From: an uncultured archaeon
GTDB lineage: Archaea; Altiarchaeota; Altiarchaeia; IMC4; SCGC-AAA252-I15
DNA: 64,000 nt
Assembly: GCA_902384455.1 (NCBI GenBank)
Contig: CABMCB010000011.1
Coordinates: 1-64,000 of the forward strand
Direction: 5' to 3'
Below are positions 9,601 to 18,421 of the stretch, one piece after another. Below the pieces are notes generated by a model. It was not told the origin of the DNA, did not search any database, and saw only the letters and a program-made list of their open reading frames with translations. Position numbers and translations under genes: made by a program. The first letter of the stretch is position 1. Every line of letters begins with the position of its first letter.

Positions 9601-12600
9601 ACGACTACCACAACGACTATTTGGCCGCAATGCTTTGACGTGCATACTCCCACTTCAGTCACCATCAAGGATCAGCCTAAGTATAGGTTCCATCAGGATA
9701 GCGACCAGGTTTGTGACAGATATTGGGTTCTTACCGAGGACACTAATGAGAAGAACCTGTGGGACTTCATCATAGGGCAGCTGGCTAACATCTTCGGCAA
9801 ACCTATCGAGAGGACTGCTCAGGATTGCACTAGGCCCGGCTACAGCAGTTTGTTCAAGTGGCTGCCGTACAATTATAACGGAGGGTGGTTTGCCGGCCCG
9901 TCTAATCCCATAAATGAGACCGTCAGAGGGTTCAGGGACCATATGTATCGTCCTACCAGCAGCCAGCATTCGCCTTGTGAGATAAAGTGCAGGAATCATA
10001 ACGACAACCTTACTGACTGGATTCCGCAGTTGGAGCCTAATCCGAGTAATCCGGCGTCATTTATAGCCCCGTTAATTGACCTGAAGTATCCTGAACCGTA
10101 CAGCAGGGAATGCGAGGCGACGTGCTTCACTTACGACTTCAGGTACTTCAGGCAGTTTAACATTAACACAGTCTGGGACCACGTATTCAAGATTACGCCT
10201 GAAGTCCACACTGAAAACCCGCCTCTTCTTTGTTACCCGGACACTGAACCTGAATCGCAGGGGACTTACGCGTGGATTGCTCCCGACGGCACTTTCATAG
10301 AAGTTCCGATATATACTTACGGAGTAAACGGCGGAGACTGCTTCGGCGGATTCTGGGGATACGGAAACTCGCTATGCAACGACGGCCTTAAATGCAGCCT
10401 CAGCAAAGACCTGTGGTGGGGCATAGGATTGAACCTTGCGGACCACTGCTGCCCGGACATTCCGGGAGTAGAGTGGGACATGACGGACAAGTGCTGCAGG
10501 AGAGGAGGCGTTCCCACTCAAATAGTTGGCACATGTGGATTCTGTCAGGCGCGATTGAGTACATCAAGCGGCGACCCTCGGTTTAAGTGCGGTTTGGGTG
10601 AAGGTGACTGCGCCAACAACAAGGAATGCGGGGCTGACATTGACGGCACACCATTGGAATGCACTGACAACCCCTTCGTCTTAGGGTTTGACATATGGTG
10701 CATAGACCCACGGTTAAACAACTGGTGGTTGCCCGCGTGGATTCAGATACTTACGGCAACAGGCTCGGACGACGCCTGCTGCCGCCCAGGCCAAATATGG
10801 AATGGAAAAGAATGCCTGCCGCAACAAAACTATAAAGTCAGAACACGAACGTCCGGAAACAACGCCGCCCTTCATGAAACCGGCGGAGGAACAATATACT
10901 TCCACATTGGAGCCGGCGCCAACGTGCCAAACAACATTGAGGCACGAGGGGTGGCCGCTTACACCAACTGGAGTGGATGGGGAGTATGGGCGCCAGACGA
11001 AAACGGACAGATACAGTGGGCGTCATATGGCCACTTAGGCGGATTAAGTCCATGGCCGTACATCACTAAGTATGCGGATTATGTGAGCAAGGTTCAGCCG
11101 GCAACGTTTAAGTCTTCGGCGTACGATTGGGACGCTGGAAAGTACTATGGGTTTGCCGACTCTTTGCTGGAGGTTAAGCTTAACGCCATAAGCAATGTAG
11201 ATAGGTGCGTAAACCCCTACTTAGGGTTGAGCCACGGCATATGGACGGAGTACCGATCCTTCGACGCCTCATACAGTAGCAACTTCAACGCCCGCATAGA
11301 CAAGGGACGAGGCATAGTGCCTCTTGCCCCCGGAGTGGTCATCACCGACAAACCGCTTACCGGCGGAGGACCGATGGTCACATACAAAAGCAAGGAATAC
11401 TGCGTTGACCCGATCCCCGTCGACTACGACTGCGACTCAAGCGGCCTTCGCTGCAGGCCTAAAAATACGCCTAATTGGGACCGCTGCAAGTGTTATGCGA
11501 CATGGGCTAAGCAGGATAACACCCTTAGGTATTGGAAATCTAATGAGGCATGCAGCATAGGCAGCGACTGTTACTGCTACAGAGACCTGGACAGCTGCAT
11601 CCCGTATAGGCCTTACGCCAGACCGGACATACCAGACATTATGAAGCCTTGGGGCGGCGGGGGAGCGGGGTACTCAGGGTGGGATAAAGCCGGATACGAT
11701 AAATGGCCTGACCCGAATGGAGCCTTGCATGACCATGGTGTTGACCTTCCAGTAGACGTTGTAGACTACTTCGGTTCATTCGAGACTAAGGGTCCGGTCG
11801 GAGTACTTAAGTTTAGCAAGGGGGGTTTGCTGCCAAACACATGCGGCGAAGTATGCAGGAAAGACCCTTACCCGTGGAGGGTGGGGCCTTATTGGATCAA
11901 GAGCAGAATCGAGCTTACGGTGTTCGAAAGCTCCAGCATGTCAGGCGACGACTATGAGAAGAAGTCGGACTCCGTGGTCGCCTTCGGAAGCCAGTCGTGG
12001 TTCAATGACGTGGGAGTGCTTAACTTAGGGGATAAAAACGACCCTGCGGTGAAAGACGTCCGCGATTCAATAAACAACCCCGCAGCCGCCTGGAACCAGT
12101 TCCTGCCTGAACCAGCGTACCCGTGGACCATAGCCAACTACTTCACTCTCCCCTACAACCTAGACCCCAAAACAGTAAGGTTTTACGCCCAAGCAGTGTA
12201 CGAAGTCAACAGCACTCTGGAGAGGGACGTTTACGCCCACGCATGCATATGGTTCGGATACAACGTCCTTGAAGCCATCATACCATTCGCTTGGAAAGAC
12301 GGGGGAGGACCTGGCGGCGACAAGTGGGTGTGCGGCGGAGAGGGAGGCACATACCGAACTGACGCACCGAAGTATTCGGAAAATCCTTTGTACAATGCTT
12401 CGGGTTCGAAGAACAACCAACCGTGGAGAGGGCGATGGTGGGGCTGCTGGGAACACGCCGGATGCGTCTACCAAGTCTCAGACAACAGCAACCCTGACTG
12501 CAAAAACAACCCGGGCATGAAATGCCCCGACATAATCAACGACTCATCCCAAGTCGTAACGTACTACAACAAGGAAGACCCCAAAAACGGAGAACCCCAC

Positions 12601-14580
12601 GTGCGCACAGAACCCTCATGGGGAGAACAAACAAACAACAAAGTAATGAACATATGGGGCTTCATAGACTACTACGACGCATACGTTCCAGCCTCCCTAT
12701 ACAAAGCAAACGTTTACTTGGCCATCGGAGCATATACTCTGGAAGACAAGGACAGCTTAGGCCAAATCGTGCCCATGAGCGTGGTAAACGGAATCCGCTT
12801 CCGCATCCCAAACGCAGTAACATTGGAATGCAACATACGAAGCTACCCCGTAGTGCACGAACTGCAGGGCTTGGAATCCACAAAAGCCCAGGAGAAAGTC
12901 ATAATAACCAACGAAACTGAGCGCATGCTCGAGTTACTGCCGTGCTTTACAGACCCGCTTAACAACGGCGCAGACTTCTTCAACAACTTCACATGGGAAA
13001 CTCAAGTATGCCAAAACCCACCCCTATTCGTAGTAACACACCGCCCAGACGACAACGACACATTCTATTACTACGAACAAATCAACCCGCTAAAGAAATT
13101 CTACTACTTCCGCGACAAATACCTCGGATCAAGCACACGCTACAGCAGAAACTTCGACATCAGCGCCTACTACAACCCAGCCACCGCACCCCCCTCCACG
13201 GGATGGGACTTCTGCCGAAGCACCATCGACCCCAACGACATAATCAAAAGGATAACCAACTACCACGAAGACGAACGCTACTACTACGACCTAGTCGGAA
13301 TACAAGCAGAAAAGAAAGACACCAGCAACCAATACAAAAGCTCCACCGGCTCATCCACCTCAGCCATAAACTGCGACACCACCCGAATCAAACAAAACAA
13401 AGAAATACCAAGCGAATCAGCAACACCACACCTAGACGTACCGCTAAAATGCGACACCACAATAAACTACCACGACTCCGGCGAACCAGCACCAAAATCC
13501 ATGTGCGGCCAAGACGGCAAACCAGTAAAAGACGGCGGAGAATGGAAATGCGCATACAAGAACGTCATGGAAGACGTAATAACAGAAGGCCTATGCGAAC
13601 AATACCCAGACACAGGCACACAACCCGTCCCAGCAGGCAACGACCCGCACGGCTGGGGAGTAATGGAATTCGACTGCAACTCACCGCCCGGCCCATACAA
13701 AGACCACTGCGCCATACCAGTAGGAGCTAAATACGGACAAGGCGAATACTTCAGCTACAAATACAACCCAATCAAACTATTCTACAGATGGAACACCGTC
13801 GACCATTGGTGCGAAGTGCAAGCTTACGTAAACGGAGTACTAACCCCAATAACCCAATCACACATTAGCCTCATCACAGGACTCCCATCAGGCACAGACT
13901 CACTACAAAAACCCATACAATGCGTCCCATTAGTAGTCCCCAACGGAGCACCCATATTCTCCTTCGAAACAACCGACATACACTCAGACCTAATGAAACA
14001 AACGTCAATGACAGTCTTCACACACCTGAGGTCAATAACAATCAAACCATTCGAAGGCGGCCGATGCGCAGACGGCGTATTTTATGACATAGGGGACACT
14101 CACGTAGCCATAGCAGCCCGTCACCCTACGATAACGCAGATAATCCAGGATCCGGCGACTATAAATTACGATACGATTAAGTTCAGCGTCACAGTGACCG
14201 ACCAATGCGCGGGCCCTGTGACCAACGGCATGGTAAAATTAACGTTTGGGCCGCCTTATGATGATTATAGCGCTATGTATGCTAGCGTTCCTGTTGGTTC
14301 TTTGGCTCATTCTGTGAATATCGAGAATAGGGGGCAGAATCTTGCCGTCACCGCAGAGTATTTAGGTTACTGGACTGGTAACCCGACGACGACTTATAAT
14401 TATCAGCCGTCTTCAACGCAGGGTTTGGTTGAGGGTAAGAAGTTCACTGTCGTCAGTTTTGTTGCTCAAAGCGCATTTATGATTGTGCTTACGATAGCAG
14501 CCCTTTTGTCGTACCGGCTTTTCCAGTCTAACCGCGACGACTTTTATGAGGCTTGGGAGGAGTTTCTGGGCAAAAAATGA
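6691..14580 (+). CDS. Giant (2629 aa) Cys-rich secreted, C-terminally anchored surface protein
   Basis: N-terminal signal peptide (..YVSAA), many Cys clusters, poly-Thr linkers, C-terminal TM and short tail; uninterrupted 7.9 kb ORF. Confidence 0.8.
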   Translation: MRRNADSGVTLTIAVFIVLLWGTSYVSAANCTINAGGACFGRPAAKCIPVGTLKGCNEYTYANDPSADAACVDILKASTAGVKEAICCCGRECSTNPGGACIDDTGMGCTSGGGVCQMGFYNSPVGDDWCKNYKNDKVSVCCCKLPYDTCNTPPNNPKEMSSVSQPPLYACNGPRQYVLQASGKYSIEAPDAVQSTWWEYVNISRFGDLLRDGAVPYAIPVKPIETTSAQQNAANYACLLKFVRVWNNGSIECGDIVTNPGVLDYKWQNCLVSTNPINDPPYTGLDTITSNPERVVDHVEPWRAKLDKFTQLWPVDRVYKIPISSTTTTTTTPVGPAPGGSTTTTVPAGIKFAKHFGNVTVISGVYSVIGINDAGYVNTRKSIADQRRGYENQPPGSTIDPSRAEQGNEQGDSPETIDKDYHVDFVLARGCDVVGTEEINRHCKNEPLQDIKDNWTYTQNIGWGTNFSSCRWKIYDGGKFYDYPGVYIVVFNKSRFGGDRGLSFYTVYESQLNDVNHITEDDVKSALAWNMQAGARILGCDTCPRGSSTCSMGSSLRWYWYFMNSIAMDPVKSKKVSEYDPRVFLNSTPFDYGAFYLKQPVNVRCGEFGLTEHWKIPLYPTRLYNSRYFYLDTRWNYEHEWDMDAWGIGAPLPGPLNQTYWRNAPYNVMLKATDFFHTADYFGFYDADDEDQDLWNWLEKPYDDRPWWVKTISGVTQWILNLFVDKYTECPGSAPRRGECFDDMSFDYESLIPDKATDPNNPTASDIRTSLRSIRTILSGTLIRETEGKSAGLWKDNAHVYVFPCPEGTTRECYRWWDHWVDTPPPGHMAHDCVDWRLHSPTTGGWSQYPLCPPGGTIAKLVSRTYYFDYGKSMGLVGPGTFLGYDGPPYDTAYWSYPLNRSSYPMDWYKYDEPNPYNYSDYPLTGFDCNEDYADSFNVCNPPGPGWYYCNVFPNEIGGIQGMCPPTTTTTTTTTTIWPQCFDVHTPTSVTIKDQPKYRFHQDSDQVCDRYWVLTEDTNEKNLWDFIIGQLANIFGKPIERTAQDCTRPGYSSLFKWLPYNYNGGWFAGPSNPINETVRGFRDHMYRPTSSQHSPCEIKCRNHNDNLTDWIPQLEPNPSNPASFIAPLIDLKYPEPYSRECEATCFTYDFRYFRQFNINTVWDHVFKITPEVHTENPPLLCYPDTEPESQGTYAWIAPDGTFIEVPIYTYGVNGGDCFGGFWGYGNSLCNDGLKCSLSKDLWWGIGLNLADHCCPDIPGVEWDMTDKCCRRGGVPTQIVGTCGFCQARLSTSSGDPRFKCGLGEGDCANNKECGADIDGTPLECTDNPFVLGFDIWCIDPRLNNWWLPAWIQILTATGSDDACCRPGQIWNGKECLPQQNYKVRTRTSGNNAALHETGGGTIYFHIGAGANVPNNIEARGVAAYTNWSGWGVWAPDENGQIQWASYGHLGGLSPWPYITKYADYVSKVQPATFKSSAYDWDAGKYYGFADSLLEVKLNAISNVDRCVNPYLGLSHGIWTEYRSFDASYSSNFNARIDKGRGIVPLAPGVVITDKPLTGGGPMVTYKSKEYCVDPIPVDYDCDSSGLRCRPKNTPNWDRCKCYATWAKQDNTLRYWKSNEACSIGSDCYCYRDLDSCIPYRPYARPDIPDIMKPWGGGGAGYSGWDKAGYDKWPDPNGALHDHGVDLPVDVVDYFGSFETKGPVGVLKFSKGGLLPNTCGEVCRKDPYPWRVGPYWIKSRIELTVFESSSMSGDDYEKKSDSVVAFGSQSWFNDVGVLNLGDKNDPAVKDVRDSINNPAAAWNQFLPEPAYPWTIANYFTLPYNLDPKTVRFYAQAVYEVNSTLERDVYAHACIWFGYNVLEAIIPFAWKDGGGPGGDKWVCGGEGGTYRTDAPKYSENPLYNASGSKNNQPWRGRWWGCWEHAGCVYQVSDNSNPDCKNNPGMKCPDIINDSSQVVTYYNKEDPKNGEPHVRTEPSWGEQTNNKVMNIWGFIDYYDAYVPASLYKANVYLAIGAYTLEDKDSLGQIVPMSVVNGIRFRIPNAVTLECNIRSYPVVHELQGLESTKAQEKVIITNETERMLELLPCFTDPLNNGADFFNNFTWETQVCQNPPLFVVTHRPDDNDTFYYYEQINPLKKFYYFRDKYLGSSTRYSRNFDISAYYNPATAPPSTGWDFCRSTIDPNDIIKRITNYHEDERYYYDLVGIQAEKKDTSNQYKSSTGSSTSAINCDTTRIKQNKEIPSESATPHLDVPLKCDTTINYHDSGEPAPKSMCGQDGKPVKDGGEWKCAYKNVMEDVITEGLCEQYPDTGTQPVPAGNDPHGWGVMEFDCNSPPGPYKDHCAIPVGAKYGQGEYFSYKYNPIKLFYRWNTVDHWCEVQAYVNGVLTPITQSHISLITGLPSGTDSLQKPIQCVPLVVPNGAPIFSFETTDIHSDLMKQTSMTVFTHLRSITIKPFEGGRCADGVFYDIGDTHVAIAARHPTITQIIQDPATINYDTIKFSVTVTDQCAGPVTNGMVKLTFGPPYDDYSAMYASVPVGSLAHSVNIENRGQNLAVTAEYLGYWTGNPTTTYNYQPSSTQGLVEGKKFTVVSFVAQSAFMIVLTIAALLSYRLFQSNRDDFYEAWEEFLGKK

Positions 14581-17219
14581 ACAAGAGAATTATCAACCCC
14601 ACGTTTAAGGTTCTTGTTGCGTTGACGCTCGCAGTAGTCCTCCTTGCGCAGACTGCGTCAGCCGCAAATTGGGGGTCTATGGGGGCGCTTATCTCATGGT
14701 TCTTCTATTTTATCACAAAGATACTGGGGCTTTTAGTATTGGCGATTTTCGGGATAATCAAGGTAATGCTTGATTTCTTCGTCTATTTCCTGGCAATGAA
14801 CCCTGTCATAGTCGACATGAGCAGTTCTCTTGGACCGGGCTGCACTCCTTCGCCGAGCATAGTAAAGATTATGGGTTATTTTCTTATGCTGCTTTATCCC
14901 TTCTGGATTGTCGCCATCACATTCAATCTAGCATACTTCATTTTTGCGACTCTGACTCCGGCAAAGCGCGTCAAAGCCAAAAACATCCTTCAGAGGCTGA
15001 TTATGGGCATGATTTTCGCAAGCGTCTCTCCGTACGTAATACAGCTTTTTCTCTTGATAGAACAAGGGATGCTTTTCATGATTATCGGCGCCACATTCAC
15101 TCCGCCTTGCTCTGTTGTTACAGGCCCCATAACAGGCGCATTGACGTACCAAGTTGACCCTTTTTACATAATGTTGACTAAGGACACTGCTCAACTGCAC
15201 GGGTGGGCTATCTACGGCTACTGGGTTTTGACCACGTGGCTGCTTATTTTCCTTCTGCTGGCGACTTTTGTGGCGTTGTTCCGCTACTTGGCCGTCCTTT
15301 TTATAGCCGTATTATTTCCCTTCGTGATATTCCTATATAGTCTTGAGACCACTAGGCAGTTGGGTAGGGAGCTGATGAAGCTGTCTTTAACCTGGATTTT
15401 CGTGCCTGTACTGCAGGCTGTGCTTCTTGCCATAGGCGTCTCGGCTTTGACTACCCTGGGCGGAGGATCGTTGGTTGCAATATTCCTTTTGTTTGCCATG
15501 TGCGGCTGGATGATTATGGCGCCATTCATATTAGGAGGAGTCTTCAACGCAATAGGAGGGGTAGTTTCGGCAGTCGGAATGATGGTGCCGGGCAAATGGG
15601 GCCTTGTTTTGACTGCGGTAGGCGGACTTATGCAAGGAAAGAAGGCTTCTGCGATAGCGGCTTCGGCTTTGAAGGGTGGGGTTTCGTCTCAGCTTGGCTC
15701 CATGAGAAGTGAAGCGGCGAGAGTGGGGATGAACAAGCTAGGAGCCAAAGCGATGAAGACTAAGCCCGGTAAGGCGATAGCCAAACGCGCAAAAAATTAC
15801 CACCGAGGTAAAGCCAATAATGCTAAGGCTCAAGCAGCAAATTACAGGACTCAAGCCCAGTCGGCCAGAGCCTCCGGCAACACCGCAAGAGCAGACAGCC
15901 TGGATAAGAAAGCAGACCGGATGGACAAAAAAAGGGAGAAACACGTCAAGAGTGCCAGAGCATGGGACACCGCCCAAAGTAGAATGGAGAAGAATTCCAC
16001 GTGGAGCCTCGGGTCCAGGTCAATAGACAAACAGTACCAGGGGAAACTAAGCGACGTAGAAAGAGAAAGGGGAGAAGCACTCAAAAAAGCCCGGGCGGAC
16101 AACACAGACGCCACCACAGGCAGAATAAGAGACCCCAAAAAATATCGAGATGACGTTGCGAAAGTAAACGACACATTCGACAACAAAAGACTTGCCACCC
16201 AGAAAGCGCACGTGGACGCACTCGCCAACGGAGGCCACACTAAAAAAGCATTAAGGCAGCAGGCCCAGTATCACGAAGAGGGGACTAGGGAGGTTAGGGC
16301 AAACAGGAACGACGAACTTAGGGGTCACGCAGCAGCTCGCGGAGGAGCTGGCGGTGGAGCAGCTGAACGCCGCCAGATTGAAAGCCGCTACGACCAAAAG
16401 CAACAAGCCGTAGACCAGGCGTTTGACCGAGGGCGAGGGCAGGGACCCCGCGTCTGGCAGGGAGACGCCGCAAACCAAAAGCTAGATGACTATGAACGCG
16501 GCCAGCCCGCACCTGATGCCACAGCGGCCACAGCTGCGCGAGAAGCCGCTAGGGATTTGGACGGAAATTATGGAGCGCCTGTGCCAACTCCACCACCTGG
16601 GACACCACCGCACCATCCGGGTCATATGGGAGGAGAAGCGGGCATGTTATCTGACCAGGCAGCGACAGCTTATGCGGCAGGGGATCAAGCTAACGGAGAC
16701 CGCCTGTCCGACGAAGCCGCAAGCAAGAGGCAGGAGGCGGCATCTAAGAGAGCTGAAGCCGACAGGCTGGAAGGCAAAACAAACATGACTCCCGAAGAAA
16801 GAAAAGCTTTAGAGGCAGTCGGAATAACAAACGTCGGCGAACTTGCAGCACTGGACGTTTCAGCCAGCCAAGGCGACACGAACCCTCTGGAGAGCACGGC
16901 CCAACGGATAAATCAGAAGCATCAGGAGGCTGACGCGGCAGACCCTATCGCAAACATCTCCCAGGACCGACTTAGGGAACTTTCCAGCCAAGCGCACCAG
17001 CAGACAACCAGAGCCCCAACAAGCCCCAAAGAAGAAAACAACATCAGAAGAGACAGGATGGACAAAAAGATGGATCCTGACGTGAGACAATCAAAAAGCC
17101 AGAACGAATTCATGATGAAAGAACGCATGGCAGGCGCAGAACACAAGTCTCCCACAAAATACTTCGCCAACATACTGGAAGACGAAGACGAACAACAACG
17201 AGGCGGCGGAGCCGAATAA
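14577..17219 (+). CDS. VirB6/TrbL/CedA-like polytopic membrane protein with long charged C-terminal tail
   Basis: Start overlaps the upstream stop (ATGA); about 8-10 TMs, then Gly/Ala-rich segment and low-complexity tail with HhH-like motif; family assigned by architecture. Confidence 0.6.
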   Translation: MNKRIINPTFKVLVALTLAVVLLAQTASAANWGSMGALISWFFYFITKILGLLVLAIFGIIKVMLDFFVYFLAMNPVIVDMSSSLGPGCTPSPSIVKIMGYFLMLLYPFWIVAITFNLAYFIFATLTPAKRVKAKNILQRLIMGMIFASVSPYVIQLFLLIEQGMLFMIIGATFTPPCSVVTGPITGALTYQVDPFYIMLTKDTAQLHGWAIYGYWVLTTWLLIFLLLATFVALFRYLAVLFIAVLFPFVIFLYSLETTRQLGRELMKLSLTWIFVPVLQAVLLAIGVSALTTLGGGSLVAIFLLFAMCGWMIMAPFILGGVFNAIGGVVSAVGMMVPGKWGLVLTAVGGLMQGKKASAIAASALKGGVSSQLGSMRSEAARVGMNKLGAKAMKTKPGKAIAKRAKNYHRGKANNAKAQAANYRTQAQSARASGNTARADSLDKKADRMDKKREKHVKSARAWDTAQSRMEKNSTWSLGSRSIDKQYQGKLSDVERERGEALKKARADNTDATTGRIRDPKKYRDDVAKVNDTFDNKRLATQKAHVDALANGGHTKKALRQQAQYHEEGTREVRANRNDELRGHAAARGGAGGGAAERRQIESRYDQKQQAVDQAFDRGRGQGPRVWQGDAANQKLDDYERGQPAPDATAATAAREAARDLDGNYGAPVPTPPPGTPPHHPGHMGGEAGMLSDQAATAYAAGDQANGDRLSDEAASKRQEAASKRAEADRLEGKTNMTPEERKALEAVGITNVGELAALDVSASQGDTNPLESTAQRINQKHQEADAADPIANISQDRLRELSSQAHQQTTRAPTSPKEENNIRRDRMDKKMDPDVRQSKSQNEFMMKERMAGAEHKSPTKYFANILEDEDEQQRGGGAE

Positions 17220-17224
17220 ACCAC

Positions 17225-17797
17225 CTACTTTTTCCCACCGCACGCCGAAAGAAAATTCCTGAGAATACTCTTCCCCTCCGGCGTATGATGGACTTCAGGA
17301 TGAAACTGAACCCCAAAAACAGGCTTATCCAAAGCGCAAAAAGACTCTATAGCGCAAATGTCGCTTCTAGCCAACACCTTAAAGCCCGACGGCAACTCCT
17401 CCACCTCATCCCTATGACTCTCCCAGACAGTCAAAACCTTAGGCAAACCCCTAAACAAACAATCCTCATCAAGAACCATAACCTCCACCTCAGCATACTC
17501 ACCGCTATCACCCAACCGGACGCGACCGCCATACGCCTGAGCAATCAGCTGGTGACCGAAGCATATTCCAAGCACGGGCAGGCCTGATTTTAGGAGGGCT
17601 TTGTAGTCGCCCAACCCTTCTTGGCTGTCGTATACGCTGCGCGGTCCGCCGGAAAGTATTATTCCTTTGGGCGTAAGCGCTTCCATTTCGCTTACGGCGT
17701 CTTCAGGTTTGACTATCTTGCTATCTTCACCGAGTTCCCTCAAAGTCCTCCATATTCTGTGGACGTACTGCCCGCCGTAGTCTACTATCAAAATCAT
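17225..17797 (-). CDS. guaAA: GMP synthase glutamine amidotransferase subunit A
   Basis: MILIVDYGGQY, ILSGGP, GICFGHQ, QFHPEV; start set at ATG overlapping the aTrm56 stop. Confidence 0.93.
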   Translation of the reverse strand: MILIVDYGGQYVHRIWRTLRELGEDSKIVKPEDAVSEMEALTPKGIILSGGPRSVYDSQEGLGDYKALLKSGLPVLGICFGHQLIAQAYGGRVRLGDSGEYAEVEVMVLDEDCLFRGLPKVLTVWESHRDEVEELPSGFKVLARSDICAIESFCALDKPVFGVQFHPEVHHTPEGKSILRNFLSACGGKK

Positions 17798-18324
17798 TTC
17801 GACTTGCTCCTGTATGTTCCAGCCACTTTCTTTCCGCACGCTTGAGGAATGATTGTAAGCGACCCCTTAAAATCCAAACCCAATTCTTCACCTTGATTTA
17901 GGCGGTCCAAAAGAAGCGACAAAGCAGCCACCTCGCTGTGCGGCTGACTGCCGACAGCCACATTGTAGTCGACCATGTGGTAGACTTCCGAGGGCACCTT
18001 TGGTCCGCCGACGATAGCTAGCACCGGCTTTTTCGCGTCGCGTATTTCCGCCGCTACGTCGTCAAGAGGCAGCCCATACATAGTAAGGTGAACTTTGACT
18101 CCAACGAAGTTTTTTATGACGCTCTTCCAGCTTTCCGCGTACTCAACAGTGAAGCCGCCGCCCCACGCAGCAACCACTTCCTTAACGCTCTCCTCAACCC
18201 GAGGGTCGCGGGCATCCATAATAACCTTACCTGCCCCAAAAGCCCTCGCAGTCAAGCACACGTGAGTAGAAAGCCGCTTGTCCCTACCCACCCTATGACC
18301 CAACCTGAGCACGGTCACTTCCAT
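17794..18324 (-). CDS. trm56: tRNA (cytidine(56)-2'-O)-methyltransferase
   Basis: VLRLGHR..RDKRLSTHVCLTARAFGA, HLTMYG, QPHSEVAAL. Confidence 0.95.
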   Translation of the reverse strand: MEVTVLRLGHRVGRDKRLSTHVCLTARAFGAGKVIMDARDPRVEESVKEVVAAWGGGFTVEYAESWKSVIKNFVGVKVHLTMYGLPLDDVAAEIRDAKKPVLAIVGGPKVPSEVYHMVDYNVAVGSQPHSEVAALSLLLDRLNQGEELGLDFKGSLTIIPQACGKKVAGTYRSKSK

Positions 18325-18421
18325 GGTGAATACTTTTTGACGCCGCCTTTTATTAGGAGGAGACCGGACGAATTACCGCGTTTAGGCCGACTTTTAGCGG
18401 CTGCCTCCCATTGTCTTTCTG

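Noticed and set aside
12993-13730. 245-aa Arg/Gln/His-rich overlapping ORF in the giant gene
   Set aside because: Alternate frame kept open by T-poor codon usage; no protein-like features
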